From NCBI GenBank assembly GCA_043553855.1, contig CP121336.1:3559249-3623248 (forward strand): a DNA stretch of 64,000 bases. The letters are read 5' to 3'. The notes beneath the pieces were generated by a model. The model worked only from the letters and a program-made list of their open reading frames with translations, was not told where the DNA came from and made no database searches. The stretch comes from Paracoccaceae bacterium (GTDB taxonomy: Bacteria; Pseudomonadota; Alphaproteobacteria; Rhodobacterales; Rhodobacteraceae). A program made the translations under genes and the position numbers. Shown in pieces: positions 35,463 through 46,566 of the stretch (within the stretch, counting starts at the first letter, position 1; every line of letters begins with the position of its first letter).

Positions 35463-35920
35463 AGTGCGCGCACCGCTTCCAGCACCTCATCAACGTGGCC
35501 GGGCACTTTGACTTTGCGCCAGACCCGCGCGATGCGCCCATCCGATCCGATCAGAAAGGTTGCGCGCTCTATGCCCATGAATTTCTTGCCATACATGCTC
35601 TTTTCTACCCAGACTCCATAGTCTTCGCAGGCCGAGCCGTGTTCGTCAGAAACCAAAGGCACGCCAAGCCCTTGTTTTGCGACGAATTTATCGTGGCTGG
35701 CAACGCTGTCCTTGGAAATTCCGATGATCTTGGCTCCGGCGTCGGCGAACTCTTGCGCCGCGTTGGAAAATCCAATGGATTCCTTGGTGCACCCCGGCGT
35801 ATTATCACGGGGATAGAAAAACAGAACAACGGCAGAGCCGCGCATATCCGAAAGGGTCACGGTTTCGCCGCCGTCACGAGGCAGGCTGAAGTCCGGCGCT
35901 GTGTCATTCACATCAACCAT
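35459..35920 (-). CDS. bcp: Peroxiredoxin Bcp (thiol peroxidase)
   Basis: ..FFYPRDNTPGCTKE.. active-site motif, 153 aa. Confidence 0.85.
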   Translation of the reverse strand: MVDVNDTAPDFSLPRDGGETVTLSDMRGSAVVLFFYPRDNTPGCTKESIGFSNAAQEFADAGAKIIGISKDSVASHDKFVAKQGLGVPLVSDEHGSACEDYGVWVEKSMYGKKFMGIERATFLIGSDGRIARVWRKVKVPGHVDEVLEAVRAL

Positions 35921-36031
35921 CTGGGTCTCCTTGCATCTGGATAGTAGGTGAATGGCAAACTAGGGCAGGACGCACAACAATAAACGGGCACATGGAAAAA
36001 CCTGTTTCACATTTCGCGGGGGACCGCTGCC

Positions 36032-39000
36032 ATGTCGGCTGAGCTCGGGCCACGCCGTCGGCGCCTGCGGTGGATACACCTGATCTGGGCGGCGTTCTGG
36101 CTTTCGCTGGTTGCAGCCGTTTCCTCTTTTGCGGCGGTGGCCATGCTGGGGCGGAGTATCGAGGCACCGCCGTGGTTGCGCGATCAGATCGAAACACGGA
36201 TCGAGACGGTTCTGGGCGGGCTGGATGTCAGCTTTGACTCTGTCGAAATGGTCGTTAATCGCGGCTGGAGGCCCCGCGCACGCCTGCGGCGCGCGGTGTT
36301 GGCGGATGCCACGGGCAACCCGCTGCTCACTCTGTCGGACCTTGAGGTCAGCCTTGCCATGCGGCCGTTGTTGCGCGGGCAACTGCAACCCAAACAGATT
36401 GCCCTGAACGGCGGGTTTGCCACGCTGCGCAGGGCTGCGGACGGGACCATGTCGCTGTCACTGGGCACCAGCATGGCGCAGGTCGGACAGGCCCCTGATA
36501 TCGCGCAACTGGTGCGCACCATGGATGATGTGTTGCTGCGCCCACAGCTTGCCGCACTGACCGAGATCAGCCTCGATGCGCTGACCCTTCGTTACGAGGA
36601 TGCTCTTTCGGATCAGGCGTTTACCATGGACGGGGGGTATGTGCGGCTGAGCCGGGCGGGCGCGGAACTGCGCATAACGGCCTCTGCGGCGATGTTGTCG
36701 GGGCGGGCGACGGCGGCAGGTGTGGATGTCAACTATGCCAGCCGCATCGGTGACACCGAGGCGACCTTTGGCATGACGCTGACCGATGTTTCGGCGCAGG
36801 ATTTCGCCAGCCAGTCTGTTGCCCTGTCCTGGCTGGATGTTTTGCGCGCGCCGGTGTCGGGATCTTTGCGTGGCCGTATCGAACAGACTGGCGATCTGGG
36901 CCCGCTGAACGCGACTTTGCAGATCGGTGAAGGGTTTGTGCAGCCGGTGGATGCCGCGTTGCCGATCCCGTTCCAATCCGCGCGCACCTATTTCAGTTTT
37001 GATCCCGCCGACGAGGTTCTGAGCTTTGACGAAATTTCGGTCGTGTCGGACTGGGGGAGCGGCATCGCGTATGGTCAGGCAGAGTTGCACGGTTTGCAGC
37101 AGGGCAGACTGACGGATCTTGTCGGACAATTGCGGATCTCTGCGTTGCAGATCACGCGTCCCGAATTCTACGACGAAGCGCTTGAGTTCTCCAATGCGGG
37201 TCTGGACTTCCGCCTGTCTCTCGATCCGTTTTCCGTCGATCTGGGCCAGGCCGAGCTACGCGATGGTGATACCCAATTGCTCATGTCCGGCAAGCTGGGG
37301 GCCGACAGGAACGGGTGGCACGTGTCGCTTGACGCGCAGCTCAACCGGATCACGCCTGACCGGTTGGTTGCGCTATGGCCCAAGGTGGCCATACCCAGAA
37401 CCCGCCAATGGCTGGCTGACAACTTGTCGGCGGGAGTGTTGCGGGATGTGGATGTGGCGGTGCGTGCAAGGGCCGGGAACCGGCCGGACGTGTCGCTTGA
37501 TTTCGCGTATGACGATATGGATATCCGGTTCATGCGCACCATGCCTCCTGTTACTGGGGCCTCTGGGCGGGGCAGCCTGTTGCGCCATCGCTTTGCCACG
37601 ACGGCCACCAGCGGACGCATCATTGCAGACGAAGGCGGCACACTGGATGTGGCGGGCACCAGTTTTGTCATCCCTGACACGCGGATCAAACCCGGTGCCC
37701 CTGCCGAGGTTCATTACCGCGCTCGGGGCGATGTGGCGACCGTTCTGTCGCTGCTGGATAACGAGCCTTTGAACGTGATGCAGAAATCCGGCTTGCCAGT
37801 GACCATCGCCGATGGGCAGGTGAGCGGGCAGGGCGATATCAAGATCTTTCTCAAACCCAGATTGGAACCCGACGAGGTGAGCTTTACCGTGACCGGAGAA
37901 GTCACTCGCGCGCTCAGCGAGACGCTGGTTGAGGGGCGTGCGCTGGCCGCGCAGGCGCTGCGTATTCAGGGCGACGAGACCGGTATCGAGATCGCCGGTC
38001 CGGCCCGTCTTGACGATGTGCCGCTTGAGGCGATCTGGCGGCAGCCGCTAGGCCAGCCGGGCCAGACAGGGACGGTGTCCGGGCGCGCCACGATCGGATC
38101 GGAGACGCTGGAAGCCTTCGGCATCGCCTTGCCACCGGGCACGCTGCGTGGCTCCGGGTTTGCCGATTATACGCTTGAGTTGACGGGAAAGTCTCCGCGC
38201 CTGACGCTGCGATCCGACCTGCAAGGTCTTGCTCTCAGGGTGCCGGAACTTGGCTGGCGGCATCCGGCATCGGCGCGCGGCGCGCTGGAGATCGACATGA
38301 CTCTCGGGCCGCTGCCTCGGGTGGACCGGATCACGCTGGACGCCTCGGGCTTGCGCGCCACGGGCGAAATAACCTTGGACGACACCGGCGCGCTGTCGCG
38401 GGCGCGGCTGTCATCAGTGCAGTTGGGCGGCTGGCTGGATGCGCCGGTGGATCTTGTCGCGCGGGGGGCTGGCGTGGCCCCGGATATTCTCATTCGCGGT
38501 GGCACTCTGGATTTGCGCAAGGCCACTTTTGGCGAAGGCGGAGACGGGACTGGCGCGACCAGTGGTGGTCAAAGCCTCGATGTGGTTCTGGAACGCTTGC
38601 AGATCACCGACACCATGGCGCTGACAGGATTTCGGGGCATCTTCGGATTGGCGGGCGGTATCGAAGGGGGATTCGAGGCCCGTCTGAACGGAGGCACCCC
38701 GGTCAGCGGGCAAATCGCGCCGCAGGGCAGCCGGAGCGCGGTGCGGGTGACTTCGACAGACGGCGGCGGCGTGTTTCGCGACAGTGGCGTGATCGAGCAA
38801 GCCGAAGGCGGTGACTTTAGCCTGACCCTGACCCCGGTCGGTGAGGTGGGTCATTTCGAAGGCGCGCTTGAGGTATCCAACACCCGCGTCAAGGATGCCC
38901 CGGCGATTGCCGCGCTGCTGAATGCGCTGAGCATCGTCGGATTGCTGGACGAGCTTTCGGGGCAGGGCATCCTGTTCAGCAGCGTCAACGCCCGGTTCGG

Positions 39001-39385
39001 TCTGTCACCGTCGCAGATGACGCTGTATTCCGGCAGCGCGGTTGGCCCGTCGATGGGGATATCCATGGATGGAACCTATAACACCGACACGGGCCAGATC
39101 GCGATGCAGGGGGCGATCTCGCCGCTGTATCTGATCAACGGAATTGGGGCGCTCATCTCGCGGCGGGGCGAAGGGATCATCGGGTTCAATTATGCATTGC
39201 GCGGGCCTGCAAAATCCCCGTCGGTGTCTGTCAATCCGCTGTCCGCGCTGACGCCGGGCTTTTTGCGCGGGGTGATGCGCAGCCCGCCGCCCACGCCTCC
39301 GGCGGCGTCGTCCTCGGGTCCGGCTCCGGGCACGGGGGGCGGCGTGCCGCCCGAGCCTTTGGACGGACGCGGCGGTGAACGCTAG
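36032..39385 (+). CDS. AsmA/YhdP-like large envelope protein (DUF3971 + AsmA-like C-terminal region)
   Basis: 1117 aa with an N-terminal TM anchor and a long beta-rich body. The C-terminal ..[26 protein letters not shown].. resembles the AsmA_2 end. Pro/Gly-rich tail. Confidence 0.6.
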   Translation: MSAELGPRRRRLRWIHLIWAAFWLSLVAAVSSFAAVAMLGRSIEAPPWLRDQIETRIETVLGGLDVSFDSVEMVVNRGWRPRARLRRAVLADATGNPLLTLSDLEVSLAMRPLLRGQLQPKQIALNGGFATLRRAADGTMSLSLGTSMAQVGQAPDIAQLVRTMDDVLLRPQLAALTEISLDALTLRYEDALSDQAFTMDGGYVRLSRAGAELRITASAAMLSGRATAAGVDVNYASRIGDTEATFGMTLTDVSAQDFASQSVALSWLDVLRAPVSGSLRGRIEQTGDLGPLNATLQIGEGFVQPVDAALPIPFQSARTYFSFDPADEVLSFDEISVVSDWGSGIAYGQAELHGLQQGRLTDLVGQLRISALQITRPEFYDEALEFSNAGLDFRLSLDPFSVDLGQAELRDGDTQLLMSGKLGADRNGWHVSLDAQLNRITPDRLVALWPKVAIPRTRQWLADNLSAGVLRDVDVAVRARAGNRPDVSLDFAYDDMDIRFMRTMPPVTGASGRGSLLRHRFATTATSGRIIADEGGTLDVAGTSFVIPDTRIKPGAPAEVHYRARGDVATVLSLLDNEPLNVMQKSGLPVTIADGQVSGQGDIKIFLKPRLEPDEVSFTVTGEVTRALSETLVEGRALAAQALRIQGDETGIEIAGPARLDDVPLEAIWRQPLGQPGQTGTVSGRATIGSETLEAFGIALPPGTLRGSGFADYTLELTGKSPRLTLRSDLQGLALRVPELGWRHPASARGALEIDMTLGPLPRVDRITLDASGLRATGEITLDDTGALSRARLSSVQLGGWLDAPVDLVARGAGVAPDILIRGGTLDLRKATFGEGGDGTGATSGGQSLDVVLERLQITDTMALTGFRGIFGLAGGIEGGFEARLNGGTPVSGQIAPQGSRSAVRVTSTDGGGVFRDSGVIEQAEGGDFSLTLTPVGEVGHFEGALEVSNTRVKDAPAIAALLNALSIVGLLDELSGQGILFSSVNARFGLSPSQMTLYSGSAVGPSMGISMDGTYNTDTGQIAMQGAISPLYLINGIGALISRRGEGIIGFNYALRGPAKSPSVSVNPLSALTPGFLRGVMRSPPPTPPAASSSGPAPGTGGGVPPEPLDGRGGER

Positions 39386-39426
39386 AGGCTCTGGCCAAAC
39401 CGCGCGCGACATCCTATCTGGCCCTC

Positions 39427-40494
39427 ATGAAACTGAGTGATTTTGATTTCCATCTGCCCGAAGACCTGATCGCCACGCGCCCGGCGCGGCCGCGATCTTC
39501 GGCCCGGATGCTTGTGGCGCAGGGTGACGCCATTACCGATGGCGGTGTGCTGGACCTGCCATCTTTGTTGACGGCACAGGATCGGCTGGTTCTGAACGAT
39601 ACCAAGGTGATCCCCGCCCGGCTGACCGGCCAGCGCGCGCGCAGCGGCCCGGCAGGTGCCACGGCGGCGAGAATGGATGTTACCTTGCTGGAGCCGCGCG
39701 CCGATGGCACGTGGTCGGCGCTGATCAGGCCGCTCAAGAAAATCCGTGTCGGGGAAGAGATCACCTTTTCTTCGGGATTGTCCGCGACGCTGGCGGCGGT
39801 GCTGGACGGGCAGGCGCATCTGCGGTTCAACCTGACCGGCGATGATTTCGACGCGGCGCTGGCGCAAGCAGGCGCGATGCCATTGCCACCCTATATCGCG
39901 GCCCGCCGTCCAGCGGACGACCGCGACAAGGACGACTACCAAACCTATTTCGCGCGCAATTCGGGGGCCGTGGCGGCCCCGACCGCATCCTTGCATTTTG
40001 ACGCTGCATTGGTGGACGCCCTTCGCCAGCGCGGCGTAGGGATGACGCGCGTGACCCTGCATGTGGGGGCGGGCACGTTTCTGCCGGTCAAGGTCGAGGA
40101 TGTCACCACCCACAAGATGCACGCCGAATGGGGCCGCGTCAGCGCGCAGGCGGCGGAAGAGATCGCCGCCACCCGCGCCGCCGGGGGCCGGATCATTCCG
40201 GTGGGGACAACCGCTCTGCGCCTGATCGAAACCGCCGCCCGCGAAACCGGGTCCATTGCCGCGTGGGAAGGCGATACGGATATCTTTATCTATCCCGGGT
40301 TCGATTTCCGCGTCACAGATGGGCTGATGACCAACTTTCATCTGCCCAAGTCCACGCTGATGATGCTGGTATCTGCCCTGATGGGGGCTGAGCGCATCCG
40401 CGCCATCTATGCCCATGCCATCGCGTCGGGTTACCGGTTCTTTTCCTATGGTGACAGTTCGTTGCTGCTGCCCAATGCCGGGCGGGCCGCCTGA
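39427..40494 (+). CDS. queA: S-adenosylmethionine:tRNA ribosyltransferase-isomerase
   Basis: [46 protein letters not shown].. are canonical QueA motifs. Confidence 0.95.
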   Translation: MKLSDFDFHLPEDLIATRPARPRSSARMLVAQGDAITDGGVLDLPSLLTAQDRLVLNDTKVIPARLTGQRARSGPAGATAARMDVTLLEPRADGTWSALIRPLKKIRVGEEITFSSGLSATLAAVLDGQAHLRFNLTGDDFDAALAQAGAMPLPPYIAARRPADDRDKDDYQTYFARNSGAVAAPTASLHFDAALVDALRQRGVGMTRVTLHVGAGTFLPVKVEDVTTHKMHAEWGRVSAQAAEEIAATRAAGGRIIPVGTTALRLIETAARETGSIAAWEGDTDIFIYPGFDFRVTDGLMTNFHLPKSTLMMLVSALMGAERIRAIYAHAIASGYRFFSYGDSSLLLPNAGRAA

Positions 40495-40627
40495 TTCAAG
40501 GCGGAACGCGGCGCAGGGCGGTTTCCCGCCAACGATTGTCGCAGACAAGGGATGCATTTGCCGCCCTGACGCGTTAGCGGTGGGGAAGGGCGCACCAAAT
40601 CAGCCCCGCCGCAACAGGAGCACGACT

Positions 40628-41884
40628 ATGATTCAGGTTCTTTCAAGCGCTTGGGCGCTGCTTCTTGGTATGGGGCTTTTGATGGTCGGCAACGGGATGC
40701 AGGGCACGTTGCTGGGTATCCGGGGCGAAATCGAAAATTTCTCGACCCTTGAAATGTCTGTGGTCGTGTCGGCCTATTTCGCAGGTTTCCTGGGTGGCAG
40801 CCGGATGGCTCCGGACATGATCCGGCGTGTGGGTCATGTGCGGGTGTTCGCCGCGCTGGCGTCGATGATTTCGGCTGTGATGATCCTTTATCCCACATGG
40901 GTTGATCCATGGGTCTGGGCCGCGGCGCGGGTTCTGATTGGGTTTTGCTTTTCGGCGGTCTATGTCACCGCGGAAAGCTGGCTGAACAATGCCGCGTCCA
41001 ATGAAACCCGTGGGCAGGCGCTGTCGCTCTATATGATCATCCAGACCATCGGCGTGGTCTTTGCGCAGGCGTTGTTGTTGACGGCGGACCCGTCGGGGTT
41101 TGTCCTGTTTGTCATCCCGTCCATCCTCGTTTCGCTGGCGGTCACGCCGATCCTGTTGTCGATCAGCCCGACACCGGCCTTTGACACGACCAAACCCACC
41201 CGTTTGCGAGAGTTGATGGCGGTTTCGCCGCTGGGCTGTGTGGGCATGTTCCTTTTGGGCGGTGTCTTTGCCGCGCAGTTCGGCATGTCGGCGGTCTATG
41301 GTGCAGCGGCAGGCCTGAGCGTGCCGCAGATTTCGACCTTTGTGTCGATGTTCTTTATCGGGGCGATCATCACGCAATATCCCATCGGTTGGATGTCGGA
41401 CAGAATGGATCGGCGTCTGTTGATCGTGATCGCCGCCGGGATCGGCGCGCTGGGGTGCACGGGCGGTGCCGTTCTGGGCGGAGATTTCTGGTTTCTGCTG
41501 GCTTCGGCCTTCCTGATGGGGGGGATGGCGAACCCGCTATATTCCCTGCTGATTGCGCATACCAACGATTATCTCGAACCCGAAGACATGGCCGCCGCAT
41601 CCGGTGGATTGATCTTTATCAACGGGTTGGGTGCGATTTTGGGGCCGGTCATCACGGGCTGGCTGATGGACGTGATCGGGCCCTGGGGCTTTTTCCTCTT
41701 TGCAGGCGTGTTGTTCACGGCGCTTGTCTTTTATGGTCTCTACCGGTCCACGCGCCGTCCCGCGCCGGCCGTCGAGGATACGGCCAGCTATGTGGCAATC
41801 ACGCCCACCGCTTCGGCTGTGGCCGTGGATGCGGCCATCGAATACGCGCAGGAATTCGGCCAGTCCGAGGAAGAAGGGGCCTGA
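40628..41884 (+). CDS. MFS transporter
   Basis: 12-TM pattern. AGGAG lies upstream of ATG 40628. The longer track ORF overlaps the queA 3' end. Confidence 0.8.
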   Translation: MIQVLSSAWALLLGMGLLMVGNGMQGTLLGIRGEIENFSTLEMSVVVSAYFAGFLGGSRMAPDMIRRVGHVRVFAALASMISAVMILYPTWVDPWVWAAARVLIGFCFSAVYVTAESWLNNAASNETRGQALSLYMIIQTIGVVFAQALLLTADPSGFVLFVIPSILVSLAVTPILLSISPTPAFDTTKPTRLRELMAVSPLGCVGMFLLGGVFAAQFGMSAVYGAAAGLSVPQISTFVSMFFIGAIITQYPIGWMSDRMDRRLLIVIAAGIGALGCTGGAVLGGDFWFLLASAFLMGGMANPLYSLLIAHTNDYLEPEDMAAASGGLIFINGLGAILGPVITGWLMDVIGPWGFFLFAGVLFTALVFYGLYRSTRRPAPAVEDTASYVAITPTASAVAVDAAIEYAQEFGQSEEEGA

Positions 41885-42010
41885 TTTTCGACCAAACCCG
41901 TCGTGATTACGCGTTTTATGTCGCCATGATGCAATTTGTTATTGTGAAAACGGCATGAAACTTGGTTACACTAAAGTCGCCCGGGGACAGAGCAGGACGG
42001 AGATAAACCC

Positions 42011-42592
42011 ATGGCAACACCTGACGAAATTCTGGCCTTCTGGCTGGATGAGGTCGGTCCGCAAGGCTGGTATATTCAAGACGATGCGCTTGATGCCCGG
42101 ATTAGCGATCAATTCTACGACGCATGGATCGGAGCGACTGAGGGACGGTATTCCCTCTGGCTGACCTATCCCAGCGGCGCGCTGGCTTATATCATTCTGA
42201 CAGATCAGTTTTCCCGCAACATGTTTCGTGGAACGGCGCGGGCGTTCACGTCAGATCGCATTGCGCTGGCGGCGGCGAAATCGTCGATTTCCAAGGGCTG
42301 GGACGTCAAGATTGACGAACCCGCGCGGCAGTTCTTTTACCTTCCGCTGATGCATTCGGAAAACCTGTGCGATCAGGAACGCTGTGTGCGGTTGATGATG
42401 GAACGCATGCCCGAAGCGGGCGCTGGAAACCTGTTGCACGCGCGCGCCCACCGCGAGGTGATCCGCAAGTTTGGCCGTTTTCCCTATCGTAACGATGCGT
42501 TGTCGCGGCCTGACACATCTGCCGAACGGCAATATGTGAGCAATGGCGGCTATGGCGAAACGGTGCGCGAACTGCAGGTCGCGGTCGGCTAA
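42011..42592 (+). CDS. DUF924 family protein
   Basis: ..LTDQFSRNMFRG..FFYLPLMHSE..RFPYRNDALSRPDTSAE.. are DUF924 signatures. Confidence 0.8.
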   Translation: MATPDEILAFWLDEVGPQGWYIQDDALDARISDQFYDAWIGATEGRYSLWLTYPSGALAYIILTDQFSRNMFRGTARAFTSDRIALAAAKSSISKGWDVKIDEPARQFFYLPLMHSENLCDQERCVRLMMERMPEAGAGNLLHARAHREVIRKFGRFPYRNDALSRPDTSAERQYVSNGGYGETVRELQVAVG

Positions 42593-42763
42593 ATCCTGTT
42601 GGTATCCATTGCGGCAGCTTTTGTCCGGTGGGTGGCCGCCGGACACCCGCTTTTCATCATTTGCCCCCATGCCGATCTGTCGCGGTCAGGGGCGTTGATG
42701 CCTGTGCGAAATTAGTTTAACGGTAAACTATATTTTTTGATCCGCGAGCGGGAGACAAAACGC

Positions 42764-44158
42764 ATGGCCGATAAAACCTTTGATGTGATCGTGATCGGGG
42801 CTGGACCCGGTGGGTATGTAGCAGCGATCCGCGCCGCGCAACTTGGTCTCAAGGCTGCGGTGGTGGAACGCGAACATCTGGGCGGGATCTGCCTGAACTG
42901 GGGGTGTATCCCGACCAAGGCGATGCTGAGATCGTCGGAGGTGTTTCACCTGATGCATCGGGCCAAGGAATTCGGGCTCAAGGCCGATGGTGTCGGGTAT
43001 GATCTGGATGCGGTGGTCAAGCGGTCGCGCGGCGTTGCGGCCCAGCTTTCTGGCGGGATCGGCCATCTTCTCAAGAAGAACAAGGTGACGGTGTTCATGG
43101 GCGAGGCGTCGATCCCTGCCAAGGGCAAGGTTTCCGTCAAGACAGACAAGGGCACGGAAGAGATCACCGCCAAAAACATCGTACTTGCCACAGGCGCGCG
43201 CGCCCGCGAATTGCCGGGGCTTGAGGCGGACGGCGATCTGGTCTGGACCTACAAGCACGCCCTGACCCCGAAACACATGCCGAAAAAGCTGCTGGTAATC
43301 GGTTCCGGCGCGATCGGCATTGAATTTGCAAGCTTTTACAACACTTTGGGTGCCGAAACGACCGTTGTCGAAGTGATGGACCGGGTTCTGCCGGTCGAAG
43401 ACGCCGAGATCAGCGCCTTTGCCAAGAAGCAGTTCGTCAAGCAGGGCATGAAGATCATGGAAAAGGCCATGGTCAAAAAGCTCGACCGCGCCAAGGGCAG
43501 CGTGACCGCCCATATCGAAGTGGGCGGCAAGGTTGAGAAACACACCTTCGACACCGTGATTTCCGCCGTAGGCATTGTTGGCAATGTCGAAGGGCTGGGG
43601 CTGGAAGCGTTGGGCGTCACGGTTGATCGCACCCATGTGGTCACGGATGCCTATTGCCGCACGGGCGTTGACGGTCTTTATGCCATCGGCGATATCGCCG
43701 GGGCACCGTGGCTTGCCCACAAGGCCAGCCACGAAGGCGTGATGGTGGCCGAACTGATCGCGGGGAAACATGCCCATCCGGTCAAACCCGAATCCATCGC
43801 GGGCTGCACCTATTGCCATCCGCAGGTCGCGTCTGTCGGCTATACCGAGGCAAAGGCCAAGGAATTGGGCTATGACATCAAGGTCGGCCGGTTCCCGTTC
43901 ATTGGCAACGGCAAGGCCATCGCGCTTGGCGAACCCGAAGGCATGGTGAAAACTGTGTTTGATGCCAAGACCGGCGAATTGCTGGGTGCGCATATGGTGG
44001 GCGCGGAAGTGACTGAACTGATCCAAGGGTACGTCGTGGGTCGCCAGCTTGAGACCACCGAAGAAGACCTGATGAACACCGTGTTCCCGCATCCCACGCT
44101 GAGCGAAATGATGCATGAGGCGGTTCTTGACGCTTACGGGCGTGCGATTCACTTCTGA
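42764..44158 (+). CDS. lpdA: Dihydrolipoyl dehydrogenase (E3)
   Basis: FDVIVIGAGPGGY, redox disulfide GGICLNWGCIPTK, and a C-terminal HPTLSE. Confidence 0.9.
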   Translation: MADKTFDVIVIGAGPGGYVAAIRAAQLGLKAAVVEREHLGGICLNWGCIPTKAMLRSSEVFHLMHRAKEFGLKADGVGYDLDAVVKRSRGVAAQLSGGIGHLLKKNKVTVFMGEASIPAKGKVSVKTDKGTEEITAKNIVLATGARARELPGLEADGDLVWTYKHALTPKHMPKKLLVIGSGAIGIEFASFYNTLGAETTVVEVMDRVLPVEDAEISAFAKKQFVKQGMKIMEKAMVKKLDRAKGSVTAHIEVGGKVEKHTFDTVISAVGIVGNVEGLGLEALGVTVDRTHVVTDAYCRTGVDGLYAIGDIAGAPWLAHKASHEGVMVAELIAGKHAHPVKPESIAGCTYCHPQVASVGYTEAKAKELGYDIKVGRFPFIGNGKAIALGEPEGMVKTVFDAKTGELLGAHMVGAEVTELIQGYVVGRQLETTEEDLMNTVFPHPTLSEMMHEAVLDAYGRAIHF

Positions 44159-44328
44159 TCCGGCGGGCACCCCGTCACACGCAAATTGACAGGACCGTGG
44201 CCCGAACGGGCTACGGTCTTTTTCATGGGGTCATCCCGCAGTGTCCATGTTTGACACGCTTTTCTTCACCGGAAATTGCTGCTACCCCGACGCGCAGTAT
44301 TCAGATGATATCGTCAGGCGCATCGGTC

Positions 44329-46296
44329 ATGAAATATCGTCCCGAAATTGATGGCCTGCGCACGATTGCCGTCTTGCCAGTGATCCTGTTTCACGGCGGT
44401 GTGCCGGGATTTGGCGGCGGTTATGTCGGCGTGGATGTTTTCTTTGTGATCAGCGGATTCCTGATTACCGGGATCATCGCCGAGGATCTCGCTCGGGGCC
44501 GCTTTAGCTTGATTGATTTTTACGAACGCCGCGCGCGTCGAATTCTGCCTGCGCTGTTTGTGGTTATCGCGGCCTGTATCCCATTCGCATGGGCGTGGCT
44601 CGTGCCCGGAGATTTCGTGGATTTCGCGCAAAGTGTGCTGTCCACTGTTTCTTTTTGGTCCAACATCCTTTTCTGGCGCGAGAGCGGTTATTTTGGCACC
44701 GCGGCTGAGATGAAACCGCTGCTGCACACTTGGAGTCTGTCGGTTGAGGAACAGTTCTATGTGTTCTTTCCGTTGATACTGTGGGGGCTTTGGCGGTTTG
44801 GCTTGCGCATTACCTATGTCGTGCTGGCCCTTGGGCTGTTTGGCAGCCTGATCATCGCACAGTGGGGCGCAATGCACGCCCCATCAGCGGCCTATTTTCT
44901 GCTTCCAACTCGGGCATGGGAATTGATGATCGGATCGCTTGCTGCGCTTGCGGTGCGGTCGGGGCGCATCCGCCTTCCGCACGGGATCGAGGAAACCCTG
45001 GGTCTCGCGGGTTTGGCGATGATTGCCTACTCGGTCACGGTTTTTGACAAGAATACCGCTTTTCCGGGCTTGCCAGCGCTGGTTCCGACTTTGGGAGCAT
45101 TGTTCATTCTATTGCCGGCACAATCCAATACTCTGGTGCATCGGCTGTTGTCATTGCGGGTGATGGTCGGGCTTGGTCTTGTGTCCTATAGCGCTTATCT
45201 TTGGCATCAACCGTTGTTTGCCTTTGCACGGCACCAGTCGCTTGGCCATCCATCCGGGACGGTGATCGCTTCGCTGGTTCTGGGATCTTTCGTTCTGGCC
45301 TATCTGACATGGCAATTTGTCGAAGCTCCATTTCGGAACCGGTCGCGCATGTCGCGTGGGGCTGTCTTTGGCGGCAGCGCGGTGGCAGGCGCGGCTCTGT
45401 GTGCGTTTGGTGTTGCGGGCTGGACAAATGACGGGTTTCCGCAACGGCTGAATATCCCTGCCAGTATCGAGGCCAGCATTGAACGATCAAGCCGCGAGGC
45501 TGAGTGTTTCGGGATCGAGAATTTCCACGAGATATCTGATTGGACATGCCAACTCGGAGCAAAGGACGCGTCGCCGCAATTTTTTGTTTTTGGTGACAGC
45601 CATGCGCTGAGCCTCTTGGACAGCTTTGATGCCGCCGCGCGTGAACTGGGGTTTGCAGGAGAGTTCTCTGCGGCGGCGGGATGTCTCCCGTTTTTGGGGA
45701 TCCATGCGATTCGCAATGATCAGGAAACCTGGAACTGCAACGCGGCCAATGCGCGGCTGTTGGAATATGTTCAGCAAAAGAACATAACCAATGTCATTCT
45801 GATTTCCCGTTGGGCTTATTACACTGATGGCAATTACAGCGGCAATGAAGGCGGCCTGAGCTTTGTGGCGCGCACGCCCGACCACCCCAAGGACCGCGCC
45901 GAAAGCCGCGCCGCGTTTGAACAGGGGCTGGTCGAGACGTTGAACGCTTACAAGAATGCGGGCATCAGTCTGACGCTCATCGCGCAGGTGCCGCAACAAC
46001 TGGTGGATCCGATGCAGGTCTTTCGGCGGGCCTTTTCGCCGTGGTCGAACCCGGCAGACACCATCGCTGAGCTGTCGATAACGCGCGAAAGGCACGCGCA
46101 ATTGCAGGGGTTTGCCGATATGGTTTTTGATCGGCACAATGCCCCGATCGTCGATTTTGGCGATATCCTGTGCGAGGCGAACAGGTGTCCCATAGGAACC
46201 TTGGACACGTCGTTTTACATTGACGATGACCACCTGAGCCTGAGCGGCGCGAACCGGCTGACACCGGCAATCAAGCTGTTGCTGTCCGGCTTCTGA
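44329..46296 (+). CDS. Acyltransferase family 3 protein with C-terminal SGNH domain (OafA/YrhL-like O-acetyltransferase)
   Basis: MKYRPEIDGLRTIAVLPVILFHG..VDVFFVISGFLIT.. followed by about 10 TM helices and an SGNH-like tail (..FVFGDSHA..). Confidence 0.8.
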   Translation: MKYRPEIDGLRTIAVLPVILFHGGVPGFGGGYVGVDVFFVISGFLITGIIAEDLARGRFSLIDFYERRARRILPALFVVIAACIPFAWAWLVPGDFVDFAQSVLSTVSFWSNILFWRESGYFGTAAEMKPLLHTWSLSVEEQFYVFFPLILWGLWRFGLRITYVVLALGLFGSLIIAQWGAMHAPSAAYFLLPTRAWELMIGSLAALAVRSGRIRLPHGIEETLGLAGLAMIAYSVTVFDKNTAFPGLPALVPTLGALFILLPAQSNTLVHRLLSLRVMVGLGLVSYSAYLWHQPLFAFARHQSLGHPSGTVIASLVLGSFVLAYLTWQFVEAPFRNRSRMSRGAVFGGSAVAGAALCAFGVAGWTNDGFPQRLNIPASIEASIERSSREAECFGIENFHEISDWTCQLGAKDASPQFFVFGDSHALSLLDSFDAAARELGFAGEFSAAAGCLPFLGIHAIRNDQETWNCNAANARLLEYVQQKNITNVILISRWAYYTDGNYSGNEGGLSFVARTPDHPKDRAESRAAFEQGLVETLNAYKNAGISLTLIAQVPQQLVDPMQVFRRAFSPWSNPADTIAELSITRERHAQLQGFADMVFDRHNAPIVDFGDILCEANRCPIGTLDTSFYIDDDHLSLSGANRLTPAIKLLLSGF

Positions 46297-46566
46297 CCGG
46301 GTTCCCTGGCGCGCAGGGCGGCGATCATGTCTGGCATCTATTGGGCTTGATCCACACGGGTCAGGCATGCCGCGTCGTAGTCTACCCATCTGATATTGCT
46401 CTGAGACCGCCGTCTGCCTCGTGGTATTTGACATTGCGGCTGTTATCGTGCCGGATACGACCGCGTGGGTGTCTTCCTTGGGGGCAGCACGCTTTGGCCC
46501 TTGGTCCGTGACCGCATTCACGGGGCGCGAAAACAACCTGATGACACCTCAGTTCAGAGACAGAGC